Positions 1 through 12,068 of a stretch of 64,000 nt of DNA are shown in pieces. Each line of letters begins with the position of its first letter. Positions within the stretch are counted from its first letter, which is position 1. Location of the stretch: positions 5,890,001 through 5,954,000 of the forward strand of contig NC_043008.1 in assembly GCF_006345805.1 (NCBI RefSeq). Reading direction: 5' to 3'. This DNA comes from Octopus sinensis. Its lineage: Eukaryota. Position numbers and translations under genes: made by a program. The notes below the pieces were generated by a model. It had not been told where the DNA came from, made no database searches, and worked only from the letters and a program-made list of their open reading frames with translations.

Positions 1-260
1 ATGCATCTGCTCACTGTATGCATGCGCACGGATGTGACTGCGCGGGTGTACATGTGTGCGCATGCACGCCCATATACATGTACAAGTGTGCACGTGTGCA
101 TGTATGTACACGTGCACACTTTTGTGTGCGCGCGCGTGTGCTCGTGTGCATATGTGCGCGCGCGTGTGTGAGCGTGTGTGCGTGCGCGCAAATGTGTGAG
201 TACATCTAAGCACACATACATACTTGTATAAGTACGGATGCATACACGCTGATATATATG
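1..260. repeat. Purine-pyrimidine alternating low-complexity tract (TG/CA/CG/TA mix)
   Basis: Near-continuous RY alternation, e.g. tgtgtgcgcgcgcgtgtg. ORFs 11..205 and 18..209 are by-products. Confidence 0.85.
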
Positions 261-2329
261 TACATATATATACATATATACCCCCACATCTACCACCTCT
301 TCCTACTTCCCCCAGCCACTCAACCAATTTCTTGTCCACCGCGCGGTCGATTTTCTGTTCACCATGCGGTATTTTCCAACTAACTGTTGTCGCTTAAATA
401 CCGACATCAAACCGCTATACCCCGTGATCTTTCTCGACCATTCGCAGGCTAACGTCCAATAATAAATATTGATTCCCTTTAATCGAACTCTCATTCAGAC
501 CCCAATGATCGAAAACCAGATACACACTTGAAACTCAGAGTACCAAGGGGTATTTGGGGGTAGGGTGTGTGGGCTATTGCATTATCTAAGAATATAAACT
601 ATCTTTAAAAACAACGGTTTATCTTAATATGTTCAGAATACCTTTCTCCAGCATCTGTCATCCTCTGAAATTTAGAGTAGAATTAAAAAATAGCCAATAG
701 GTCAGTTGAGTGTTTTTTTTTTTGTGTGTGTTTGAATGTTGTTATTGCTGCTGTGGAACAGACAAATAAACTACAATGACAGGAAAGAGAAATACATAGG
801 AAAATAACTTTTTTCCAAGAATGTTGTAGCAAGACGGAAGTTAAATAAAAGATCTAGGATTGGCTTGTGTTATAAAAAAAAAAAGCTATATGTTTGGAAT
901 AAAATATAAATTTTGAAAATATCAGATGAAGAGGAAATTAAAAAAAAAATGATGTGAAAATAGTTTAGAAGTAGGTGTTTTCAACAAATATACTGATGTG
1001 CAGCTAATATTAATTCTTGACATACATTTAGTTACACATTTTGAGTTCTCATTTTTACGATAAGAAGGCAAAAAATACGCAGGAAACTTATTGTGGAAAA
1101 GCACATAAAAGTGGGAGAGAAGGAGACAGACACACAGACTGACAGACTGACAGAATCTGTTTCCAAAAGTTGATGAATAAAAAAATCGTACAATATAGAC
1201 AGAGAATTTGAATGCCGATGAGAATAACAGAAATTCGAATATATTGTATTTTTTTGTAAAAATAGAAATATATCTATACTATATGTTTAAATTAGAAAAG
1301 CTATCTAAGGAATCATAAGATACTTCAATACAAGAATAATAAAGTCTTAATGCATAAAAGAAATAATTTGCAGAGGGTAGTAAGAAAGAAACGGAAAATA
1401 TCCTAGTTTTCAGCTGAAATAATAATGTCTGTCATGAGAGATTTTGAAGGAGATCTAGCAAGGAATATCTTCAGATATGAGGGCATTGAATATAGAAGAT
1501 ATTAACGTTTGATGATATTCTGAGAAAAGCCACATGGTTCCATGCATTTGGGGTGTATTTCTATTCAGTTGAAGTGGATAGATCCTACTAAGCAGGAGAA
1601 ATGCAATAATCCATTAATAGTTATCTAAGTTTGGCCTAGAATCTAGAATTGTTTTTAAAGCAATAACTCAGGTATGATACAAGTGTAGTTCATTTTTGGT
1701 TCATTGAATTGCTAGCAACATTATCTTCTTACAGTTCTTCTTCAGACAACTTTCTTTCCAGCTATATCTGGCCAAATTCTCTCTTCAAAGTCTGTGAATT
1801 CTATTTAAACTTGCTTCTTTGTTTTAAACTTTTCTACGATTGATAAAAATAGTTACTGTGTTTTTTTCCTTTTTATTCTTTCTTCCACTTTAATGTTATA
1901 TCATCATTTATATTATTTTGTCTTCTTCAGTATAAAGCAAGTTTCATTAGACATGAGATGTACGTATTTGACCTGATAATATATATCCATGAGTTCAAAT
2001 TTGATATTGCTAGTGTGTTGAGCTTCTGACATAAGCACACAGGTAAGAAAATTATTTTCAAATTTTTTTCGATTGATAATCCTTTCTGAAAGCATCTCTC
2101 TACATTATGAAGCTTATGATTATTTCCTTTCGCCTTTGCTTGTTCATCAGAGTCTAAAATCTGAATAGAAGTTGAACAAGGGGGGGGGGGGATTTAAGAA
2201 TATACAAACAAGGCGAAAACAAAGCAAGACGTGATGGAGAGTAAAAATGGGTGAAGAGACGAAAATGATAGACAGGGGGAGGGGAAAACGAAGAGCCACC
2301 AGATCTATGAAAGCTCTTTTTATATATAT

Positions 2330-3290
<961 letters not shown>

Positions 3291-4205
3291 ATCTCTTACT
3301 CACCTCTCCCCCTATCTTTCACCAACCCCTTCCCCTTACATTCCTCTCTTTGTCTTTCCTCTATTTCTTAACTGTGTTTTCTGTTGTGTCTGGGGAGAGT
3401 CATTCTCTTTAATTGCCTTATAATTCAACACACTCACCAGACACAACAGAATATGCTTCAACACACGAACTCACATAAAGAATCTTGCAAACCAAATCCC
3501 AAAACGAAATTAACTGTATTTATTTATTTAATTACTTATGTGTCAATTTAAAAAAAATATATTTTACTTAGCTTTATACATTATGAGGTTGCATTTATTT
3601 TATATTTTTATTTTTCATTTTTATATGTTATATATTACATACTTTATATTATTTTGTATCTTGGGAAAGTCATTACCTCAATAATATATATATTCACCTC
3701 TGATTTAACTGCACAAATGATTCTCTTCTCTCATTCTTTATTCCGTGTCTCTTTTCCTTTCCTTTCTCTCTTTTTCCTTCTTAATTCCCCCTTCTTTATT
3801 TCTTTCACTCTTTCTTTTACTTTCTCTATCTTAATTTCTCTAGTTCTTTTCTCTGGTTCTCATTACACACCATCTCTTTCTCTTGTGCCACGTATACTTC
3901 CTTCTCATAGAATCGCTTTCTTTTTCCCTCCCAAATTAATGATAAAATGCTTTGTGCCATCTATCCAACTTTCAACTGTAACTTAATGCAATAAAGTGTT
4001 CCCTGATAATGCATTGTGGCTGAGCATCAAAATGCACTGGCAAAATCTATTGCTAGGTTTCAAGCAGCCATAATGGTGAAACGTGCGTAGGAACTATAAT
4101 AGAAACAGGTACTTAACCTTATTACTCCTCCAGTATATATATATGATTTTTGATTTTGATTTTTCCAGTTTCAGCTCATGAGCTGTAGCCATGCTGGGGC
4201 ACCGC

Positions 4206-4252
<47 letters not shown>

Positions 4253-4254
<2 letters not shown>

Positions 4255-4565
4255 TAATACTAAGCAATAAAGGGTTTAGCAACGAATTGCCTTACCACAT
4301 ACCGAATTTAGAAATAGCAGTCAAAGAGTTATAGCTATTTCTTCTACTAAAAAGGGAGATCTCAGTAAAAACAGCAATTGGAAGGCAGACACAAACAGGT
4401 AAGAGAGAATGAATTGACGGCAATCTATCATACATTTTTAAGTTATCTACGGACGTACGTTTCGAAATCAAGTTTTTAGGAAAGCATAAGAATTAAATAT
4501 TAATATTAAATAATTCTATCTTACCGAAACTTCTTTTCTCTTCAGCGTAGAATACTATAATCATA
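4253..4565 (-). mobile_element. Short non-autonomous element, probably PLE-derived, flanked by (TA)n and carrying a hammerhead motif
   Basis: About 310 bp of unique sequence between two TA tracts. Contains the HHR fold at 4446-4551. Confidence 0.55.
4446..4551 (-). ncRNA. Type I hammerhead ribozyme motif with long stem II and palindromic stem III
   Basis: Minus strand reads TCTACG-CTGAAGA-GAAAAGAAGTTT..AAACTTGATTTC-GAAACGT-A-CGTCCGTAGA. Core CUGAAGA, G10.1-C11.1, GAAA, ACGU palindrome, GUA site, stem I ACG/CGU. Confidence 0.7.
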
Positions 4566-4575
4566 AATGATTATA

Positions 4576-4615
<40 letters not shown>

Positions 4616-4629
4616 ACATACATACATAC

Positions 4630-4684
<55 letters not shown>

Positions 4685-4732
4685 TACATACATACATACA
4701 TACATACATACATACATACACACACATTCATG

Positions 4733-4824
4733 CATGGGCGACTGCTGGTCTTCCATAAACAACCTTGCCCGGACTTGTGCTTTCTAGGTGCAATCCCATG
4801 GTCAGTCATGACCGAAGGGGGTCT
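4733..4824 (+). mobile_element. Retroelement 3'-end family (catgggcgactgctggtcttccataaacaaccttgcc...), copy 1
   Basis: Same sequence recurs at 5394-5516 and 16580-16705. Confidence 0.75.
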
Positions 4825-4925
4825 ATATATATATGTATATATATATGCATATATGTGTATATATATGAGTATAAATACATATATGTATATATATATATGG
4901 GTATATATATGTAGATATGTATATG

Positions 4926-4970
<45 letters not shown>

Positions 4971-5077
4971 CGTATATGTGTGTATATGTATATATATACG
5001 TATATACATGTAAATGTATATATACGCATATATATATATATGTATATGCGTATATGTATATATATACACGTATATGC

Positions 5078-5124
<47 letters not shown>

Positions 5125-5393
5125 AATAATAATGAGGGAGATAAATTAATATTAATTTTAATATCAATTTAAAACCAGTAGTCCAGCATACAAAAATCTG
5201 AGGAGTCAGAGAAAATTCTAATATATGTGTATATTGGCAGGGCTTACTGCTAGGGAGTCGGCCATATGCTAGAAATAGACCATCAACGGTCAAACTACAA
5301 GGAAATTCTCTAGAGGAAAAATACAGCGAACACCAGAAGCAATTTTGGCGGGCATGACGTGTATATATAAACATATGTATACATATACGTAGG

Positions 5394-5516
5394 AGACTGG
5401 TATGCATGGGCGACTGCTGGTCCTCCATAAACAGCCTTATCAAGACTTGTGCCTCCGAAGGGAACTTTCTAGGTGCCATCCCTCGGTCATTCATTACCAA
5501 AGAGGCTCTTTACCTT
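5394..5516 (+). mobile_element. Retroelement 3'-end family, copy 2
   Basis: Aligns with 4733-4824 and 16580-16705. Confidence 0.75.
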
Positions 5517-5741
5517 TTATTGTAACAAAAAACAAGATGCAAAGTGTAGAGTATTTCTGTTGGCCGATGTAAATTTGTGTTTCTCAGATCTTGTATTAAT
5601 TTTCCATCCTTTATCTGTCTCCGTTTTAAGCAAAGAATGTGATGAGAATAACATTCAGTAGAATAATTTTGTTATAAGAAACTTGGTACTCTTAATGTTA
5701 TGCTGTAATACTGGATTGTACATATTAGTGGTTCCATACAG

Positions 5742-5816
5742 CACAGTCTTGTAGAGATAATAAACAGAAATGCATTACGGCTTCTTAATGAAATATTTTA
5801 TGCATTAGTTCTGGAA
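5742..5816 (+). CDS. Candidate internal exon, unidentified protein (HSLVEIINRNALRLLNEIFYALVLE)
   Basis: ttccatacag acceptor, GAA|gtgaga donor, 75 nt open in phase 0. No homology recognised. Confidence 0.2.
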
Positions 5817-6067
5817 GTGAGAGAGTAAAAAAGCACAGTAACCTGTGAAAGTGACGTCATGCTATCACCTATTGCCGATAATTTAAACTCGAATAAAAGC
5901 AACACGTTTCCTGAGAATCAAATTTTAAAGCGCCTTACTTTGTAATAAACACAACAAGAAATATTATCAAGTCAATAGCAGTATAAACAAAATATATTAA
6001 ATTTTAGCTTCAGTAACTCTTCTTTCATCATTAGATTATGTGTTTACAATACTGCAATATTATTGTT

Positions 6068-6502
6068 GGAGCTTTTCGGTTTGAACAGCAGTTTTTCTAG
6101 TGGTCTCATATGAAATTGTCACCCATAATTATGACCCTAGTATCGATCTATTGCCTTTCAATCTGTTTTAGGATTAGGGTTAGTTAGGGTTAGGGGTGGG
6201 GGGAAGGGTATCTTTTTTTCTTTAGAAATGTAAATAAACCCAATCTGTTTCTTAAACGAGGGACATATTCATACGGCACATAATGTTTTTTTTTTACCTC
6301 AATAGACGTCATTGATTGGTTGAAATTGCAGAAATTGAAGAAAAAAACAACAACAAATATCTTACAAACTATAGAATTTTTTTTCAATAAAGCCAAGAGA
6401 AAAAGATGTTTTATAAACATATTCTTCCAGTATACGAAGTTTAAAAGTGTTTAGTTACGTGGAAATTATTCTTAAAAACTGGCGGTCAAACCGAAAAGAT
6501 CC
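6068..6502. mobile_element. MITE / Helentron-like non-autonomous element with about 29-bp imperfect terminal inverted repeats
   Basis: Left end ggagcttttcggtttgaacagcagttttt versus right end aaaaactggcggtcaaaccgaaaagatcc. Flanked by TT on both sides. Internal TTAGGG-like G-rich run at 6175-6209. Confidence 0.7.
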
Positions 6503-6876
6503 TTATTGTTTAGTGTCACAACATTTCACAAGTTCTCCACCATGTACCTAAATATCACCATCACCGTCATTTATTCTGTTTTTAAAAGTGTTATCCAAGG
6601 TCCCTGTGCATCGCCGTGTTCCTGTAGTAGCGTTGTTTCAGGAATTTAGAATTGTGATGAGAGACTGTTAATTTTTGTTGTTTCTGGTATCATTTTAATG
6701 TTTTTGTCTGTTGTGTAAAATACAAGCAAAGTAACTTGTGTTATTTTGCTGAGCAATGTATGCGTGTGTGTGCCATATGGGCTGTGTTACTGGTGTTAAA
6801 TATATGCGAAGAGTGTGCAGTGCGTGTGTTATATCATTGTGTTCCAACCAGATAGAATGTGAAGTGTTTGGTAACA

Positions 6877-7143
6877 TAATTTGGGGTACCATAATTTGGG
6901 CTACCATAATATAATTTGGGGTACCATAATATAATTTGGGGTACCATAATTTGGGCTACCATAATATAATTTGGGGTACCATAATATAATTTGGGGTACC
7001 ATAATATAATTTGGGGTACCATAATATAATTTGGGGTACCATAATTTGGGCTACCATAATATAATTTGGGGTACCATAATTTGGGCTACCATAATATAAT
7101 TTGGGGTACCATAATATAATTTGGGGTACCATAATTTGGGGTA
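6877..7143. repeat. Minisatellite of 15/20-bp units ataatttggggtacc(ataat) and ataatttgggctacc
   Basis: About 15 tandem units of two variants, with an optional ataat spacer. Confidence 0.95.
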
Positions 7144-7561
7144 GCAACTGCATATACATGTACACACATATACGTATATATATATATATGTGTTATTTTA
7201 TAGGATCATGAATGTGCAGAGTATGTGTCTTATCATATTGCTTGGAGATGTTATAATGGAGGGAATGGAATTTCATTAAGTAATGTTTGTAGAGAGTATG
7301 TGCTGTGAGCAGAGAGAGTACTACTTGGGTAAGGCTACTCAGTTGTAATTATCTTGCATGAGACTTGGATTGTGCCATAAACAAGTTGTGAGCTTTTTTC
7401 TCCTATGGATTAGTTACGTTCTGGTTCATATCTCCCGTGTCACACTGATTAACTCAATTATTATTCTGTTTTTACTTTCATGCCTCACTGCTTCTTGATT
7501 TTAATTTCAAGATCCTTGAACTTTCAGGGCTACATTTTGGTTAGAAGAGATTAACATAAAT

Positions 7562-7660
7562 TATTTACATTTGACGGATATTTGTCCTAATTCTTGTTTG
7601 TTGTTAACACAACGTTTCAGCTGATATACGCTCCTTCATCAGGTGTCTTGGGGAAATCTC
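7562..7660 (-). mobile_element. 3' part of the tRNA-SINE/HHR family, inverted copy
   Basis: Reverse complement aligns with 7905-8005 and 33280-33380. Confidence 0.85.
7606..7647 (-). ncRNA. Minimal hammerhead motif, stem II damaged
   Basis: GACAC-CTGATGA-AGGAGCGTATATCAGCT-GAAACGT-T-GTGTT. Stem I GACAC/GUGUU and ACGU palindrome intact. Confidence 0.5.
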
Positions 7661-7661
7661 A

Positions 7662-7678
7662 ATATAATAATAATAATA

Positions 7679-7717
<39 letters not shown>

Positions 7718-7728
7718 TAATAATATTA

Positions 7729-7786
<58 letters not shown>
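7662..7786. repeat. (AAT)n abutting (ATT)n, a self-complementary trinucleotide block
   Basis: aataat.. to about 7727, then attatt.. to 7786. Confidence 0.95.
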
Positions 7787-7787
<1 letters not shown>

Positions 7788-8038
7788 GGTCGTATGGTGT
7801 AGTGGTTTCGTACGCAAGATACCAACCCCAAAATTCCGAGTTCAGATAATAATAATAATAATAACAACATCGAAAAATAGCTTAGGAATGAGAACGCAGG
7901 TTCGAAATTTCCCCAAGACACCTGATGAAGGCTGGAGGTTATATCAGCCGAAACTTTGTGTTAACAACAAACGAGATGAGGACAAATACACGTCGAATGT
8001 TAATAATGTACATAATTCCTCATCTCTTAAATATAGAA
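7788..8038 (+). mobile_element. SINE with tRNA-like head, (AAT)n linker and hammerhead-bearing tail
   Basis: Head ggtcgtatggtgtagtggtt..ccgagttc (A/B-box-like, truncated). Tail matches 33250-33385. Confidence 0.75.
7917..7962 (+). ncRNA. Minimal hammerhead motif (stem III G mutated)
   Basis: GACAC-CTGATGA-A-GGCTG-gaggttatat-CAGCC-GAAAC-TTT-GTGTT. Confidence 0.6.
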
Positions 8039-8103
8039 ATGGATTAACATGTCTATTAGGGTAAAAATATTCTATTCTACACCTTGATTAATGCATCTGA
8101 ATA

Positions 8104-9060
8104 GAAGTTTTTAACCAAATTTCCCGCAAGTTAGAAAATCTTCGGAACTTTCCATGAATTTTTCGACCAAATTTACGGCAAGTTATGAAATCCTCGGAAG
8201 TTTCAAGGAATATTTCGACCAAATTCCCCGGAAGTTAAAAAAATCATCGGAACTTTCCAGGAAGTTTTCGACCAAATTTCCCGCAAGTTAGAAAATCCTC
8301 GGAACTTTCCAGGAAGTTTTCGACAAAATTTCCCTCAAGTTAGAAAATCCTTGGAATTTTACAGGAAGTTTTCGGCCAAATTTACCACAAGTTAGAAAAT
8401 CCTCGGAACTTTCCAGGAAGTTTTCGACCAAATTTCAAGGAAATTAGAAAGTCCTCGGAACTTTCCACGAAGTTTTCGACCAAATTTCCAGGAAGTTAAA
8501 ATATCATCGGAAATTTCCAGTAAGATTTCGACCAAATTTACCGCAAGTTAGATAATATTCGGAACTTTCTAGGAAGTTTTCCACCAAATTTCTCGCAAGT
8601 TAGAAAAATCATCGGAATTTTAAGGAAGTTTTCGACCAAATTTACCGAAAGTTAGAAAATCATCGGAACTTTCCAGGAACTTTTCGACAAAATTTCAAGG
8701 AAGTTAGAAAATCCTCGGAACTTTCCCGGAAGTTTTCGACCAAATTTCAAGGAAGTTAGAAATTGCTCGGAACTTTCCAGGAAGTTTTCGACAAAATTTC
8801 AAGGAAGTTAGAAAATCCTCGGATCTTTCCCGGAAGTTTTCGACCAAATTCCAAGGAAGTTAGAAATTGCTCGGAACTTTCCAGGAAGTTTTCGACCAAA
8901 TTTCAAGGAAGCTAGAAAATCCTCGAAATTTTCCGGGAAGTTTTCGGCCAAATTTACCGCAACTTTTCCAGGAAGTTTTTGACCAAATTTCTAGCAAGTT
9001 AGAAAAACCTCGGAACTTTCCAGGAAGTTATCGACCGAATTTCCGGGAATTTTAAAAATT
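8104..9060. repeat. 52-bp tandem satellite, about 18 copies
   Basis: Consensus gaagttttcgaccaaatttcccgcaagttagaaaatcctcggaactttccag. Unit starts at 8104, 8156, 8208, 8261 and onward. Confidence 0.95.
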
Positions 9061-9535
9061 CATTGAAACTTTCGACTAAATTTACCGCAAGTAAAGGTTG
9101 CCAGCCTGCCCGAAGGCAAGTGGGCCCCTGCGCTATTAGAATCTATATATGGAACCCCATCTTAGTATCTAAGAGGCCTATCTCCTCAAGTTTGAGAATT
9201 TTTTTATTCACTCCTGGAAGTATGCATTATTTCAGCCTTGCTGTATTTGTAGACAGTTGAAAAGAATGTTTTTAGCAAAAATTTAAATGATAGCATTGTT
9301 GTGTAGGCCCATTTGTAGTTGTGAATGGGCCCCCTTAGTCTCCTGGCCACCAATATTTTTAGACGCAGTCCACCATTGCCTACATGCTTGTAGTGCAAAC
9401 GCACACACACATACATGCATACATTTATACACACACATGCATGCATACATACTTATCCCTTCATTTTCATTGGTTTATTGTATTTAAGAATATGAGTACT
9501 AACTTTATTACTGATTCATATTTAATTATTTGCAG

Positions 9536-9618
9536 TACTAAACAATCCGCACATAAGTAAACTAGAGTTGTGTCTGACAGAATTGTCCTACTGTCTTTTA
9601 CATAACGACAGCTTCAAT
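9536..9618 (+). CDS. Candidate exon with LRR-like periodicity (xLNNPHISKLELCLTELSYCLLHNDSFN)
   Basis: Good acceptor tttaattatttgcag. Donor uncertain (gtctga, or gtaaac earlier). Confidence 0.12.
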
Positions 9619-9651
9619 GTCTGATAGTTTTGTTTGTAGGAAACCATAGCA

Positions 9652-9696
<45 letters not shown>

Positions 9697-9700
<4 letters not shown>

Positions 9701-9870
9701 AGAGTTTACGTAAAAAACAAAAGACGAAGACAGGTGGTGTACAGAACAAACAGATGTATTAGTATAATGCTCAGGAATAGAAAAAGTCTTTTACGTTTCG
9801 AGCCTACGCTCTTCTACAGAAAGGGACGCAGAAAAACAAGGAGAGAAAAAAGGGAGAGAAAAAAAATATA
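9697..9870 (-). mobile_element. Short PLE-pLTR-like repeat carrying a variant hammerhead
   Basis: Reverse complement aligns with 42480-42645. A truncated copy lies near 38443-38480. Adjacent to (TA)n. Confidence 0.7.
9788..9823 (-). ncRNA. Minimal hammerhead-like motif with A6U core variant
   Basis: CTTT-CTGTAGA-A-GAGC-gtag-GCTC-GAAACGT-A-AAAG. Confidence 0.55.
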
Positions 9871-9884
9871 TTTGTGTGTGTGTA

Positions 9885-10272
9885 TTCTTTTACTCTTTTA
9901 CTTGTTTCAGTCATGTGACTGTGGCCATGCTGGAGCACCACCTTTAGTTGAACGAATCTACCCCAGGACTTATTCTTTATAAGCCTAATACTCATTCTAT
10001 CGGTCTCTTTTAATGGACCACTAAGTTACAGGGACGTGAATACATCAACATCAGTTGTCAAGAGATAATGGTGGTGGAGGTGGTGGGGGGACAAACACAC
10101 ACACACATATGACCGGTTTCTTTCAGTTTCCATCTACCAAATCCACTGACAAGGCTTTGGTTGGCCTGAGGCTATAGTAGAAGACACATACCAAAGGTGC
10201 CAAGCAGTAGGACTAAACCCAGAACCATATGGTTGGAAAGCAAGCTTCTTACCACACAACCACTCTTGCGCG
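9885..10272 (-). mobile_element. CORE-type tRNA SINE (abundant octopus-like family)
   Basis: Head gtggttgtgtggtaagaagcttgc.., core ttggtatgtgtcttctactatagcctc, internal CA tract, tail ..tgactgaaacaagtaaaagagt. Confidence 0.85.
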
Positions 10273-10425
10273 TATATATCTGTATACAGGGTGGCCTAAA
10301 AGTAGGTTTACTGTTATCATGTAGGCACTTCCAATTTCTTTTAAAACATTTTATTACATTTAAATCTCTGTCTTACAAACTGAAAAGGGACCTTGACAAG
10401 TTTAACTAAATTAGCATAGAATAAT

Positions 10426-10807
10426 ACTCTCTTTTTTACTCTTTTACTTGTTTCACCGCCTTTTTTTTAATCGAGCAACTCGACCCCGGGACTTATTCTT
10501 TTGTAAGCCCAGTATCGGTCTCTTTTGCCAAACCGCTAAGTAACGGGGACATAAACACACCAGCATCGGTTGTCAAGCAATGCTAGGGGGACAAACACAA
10601 ACACACAAACACACCCACGCACATATATATACATACATATATACGACGGGCTTCTTTCAGTTTCCGTCTACCAAATCCACTCACAAGGCTTTGGTCGGCC
10701 CGAGGCTATAGTAGAAGACACTTGCCCAAGGTGCCATGCAGTGGGACTGAACCCGGAACCATGTGGTTGGTAAACAAGCTACTTACCACACAGCCACTCC
10801 TACGCCT
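10426..10807 (-). mobile_element. CORE-type SINE, young copy
   Basis: aggcgtaggagtggctgtgtggtaagtagcttg..gcaccttgggcaagtgtcttctactatagcctcgggccg, with many CpG retained. Confidence 0.9.
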
Positions 10808-11259
10808 AATGGTTTCAAATTTTTTATAATTAAGATCTAAACTGTTAATAAATTAATGTGAAAGAAATACCTGAATAACTGTAAAACCTACCTTTGGGCC
10901 CCACCCCTGTATGTTCCATTTTAGGTACATCACAAATGATAGTGAGCTCTGTGTATAGTGAATTAGCATAAGGCTGGAGAATGCTAACTTCTCTTTATTC
11001 CACTGGCTCTATAAATTTTCTATTTGTATTACTGAAGGAAAATAATATTGTAGACTTAACATTTTGCTGGAAAAATTATTATTTACAATAAAATTATCAA
11101 TTTTCTGCTTAACTTCTTTTATTATTCTAAGCATTAAAAATCAAAAACAAAATCACGGTTCCCTTTGATATTTTTTGTGTAATAAAATCTAAGTTGTAAT
11201 ATATGTGGATGCGTATTTATGGCTACAGTATTTAAATTATATTTGGGTGTATATTTGTG

Positions 11260-11377
11260 TATATGGTATTAAAATAAATAGATATATTTGTATGTGAATA
11301 TATAGATAGGTATATACAGATATATGTATGTGTATATATATATAGATAGATAGATATAGATATAGATATAGATATAC

Positions 11378-11466
<89 letters not shown>

Positions 11467-11549
11467 TGGGTGCATATGTGTATATATACATACATACATA
11501 CACACACACACATATAGGTATATAGATATGTATATGCATATGTGCATAT

Positions 11550-11594
<45 letters not shown>

Positions 11595-11602
11595 GCACAC
11601 AC

Positions 11603-11649
<47 letters not shown>

Positions 11650-11806
11650 GTACATATATGTGCTTGCATATGAGTGTGTGTCCATATATATATACACACA
11701 TATATATACATATACATATATATTATATATATAGGTAGATAGATATGTGTATGCATATGTGTGCATATACACACACACACACATATATAAATGAATGTGT
11801 GTGTAC

Positions 11807-11843
<37 letters not shown>

Positions 11844-11910
11844 ATTATATATATATATATATATATACATATATACATATATATATATACATACATATAT
11901 ATATATATAT
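11260..11910. repeat. Compound (TA)n/(GA)n/(CA)n microsatellite
   Basis: Direct inspection. All overlapping ORFs are YI/SL repeats. Confidence 0.95.
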
Positions 11911-11911
11911 A

Positions 11912-12068
11912 TGGCAGGCTTTCAGTTTCTGCCTACCAAATCCACTCACAAGGCTTTGGCTGGCCCAAGGCCATAGTAGAAGACACTTGCCCAAAGTGCC
12001 ATGCAGTGGGATTGAACCTGGAACCATGTGGTTGGAGAGCAAGCTTCTTACCACACAGCCATCCTACG
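11912..12068 (-). mobile_element. CORE-type SINE, 5' half
   Basis: Aligns with 10645-10807. Confidence 0.85.

Noticed and set aside
5130-5390. CTGAGGA in a TA-flanked element, considered as another hammerhead
   Set aside because: No stem II closing onto GAAA and no NUH/stem I pairing found on either strand.
6175-6209. Telomeric repeat or chromosome-end remnant
   Set aside because: Only a few degenerate TTAGGG units, and they lie inside a bounded mobile element.
6752-7330. Exon candidates around the 6.9-kb minisatellite (e.g. DHECAEYVSYHIAWRCY..; similar ECAxxVxYH strings at 6811 and 7210)
   Set aside because: Alternative frames and donors are equally plausible, and the longest form has stops in all frames. 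Not supportable without RNA data.
10284-10310. Tc1/mariner-like TIR (tacagggtggcctaaaagt)
   Set aside because: No matching second terminus found.
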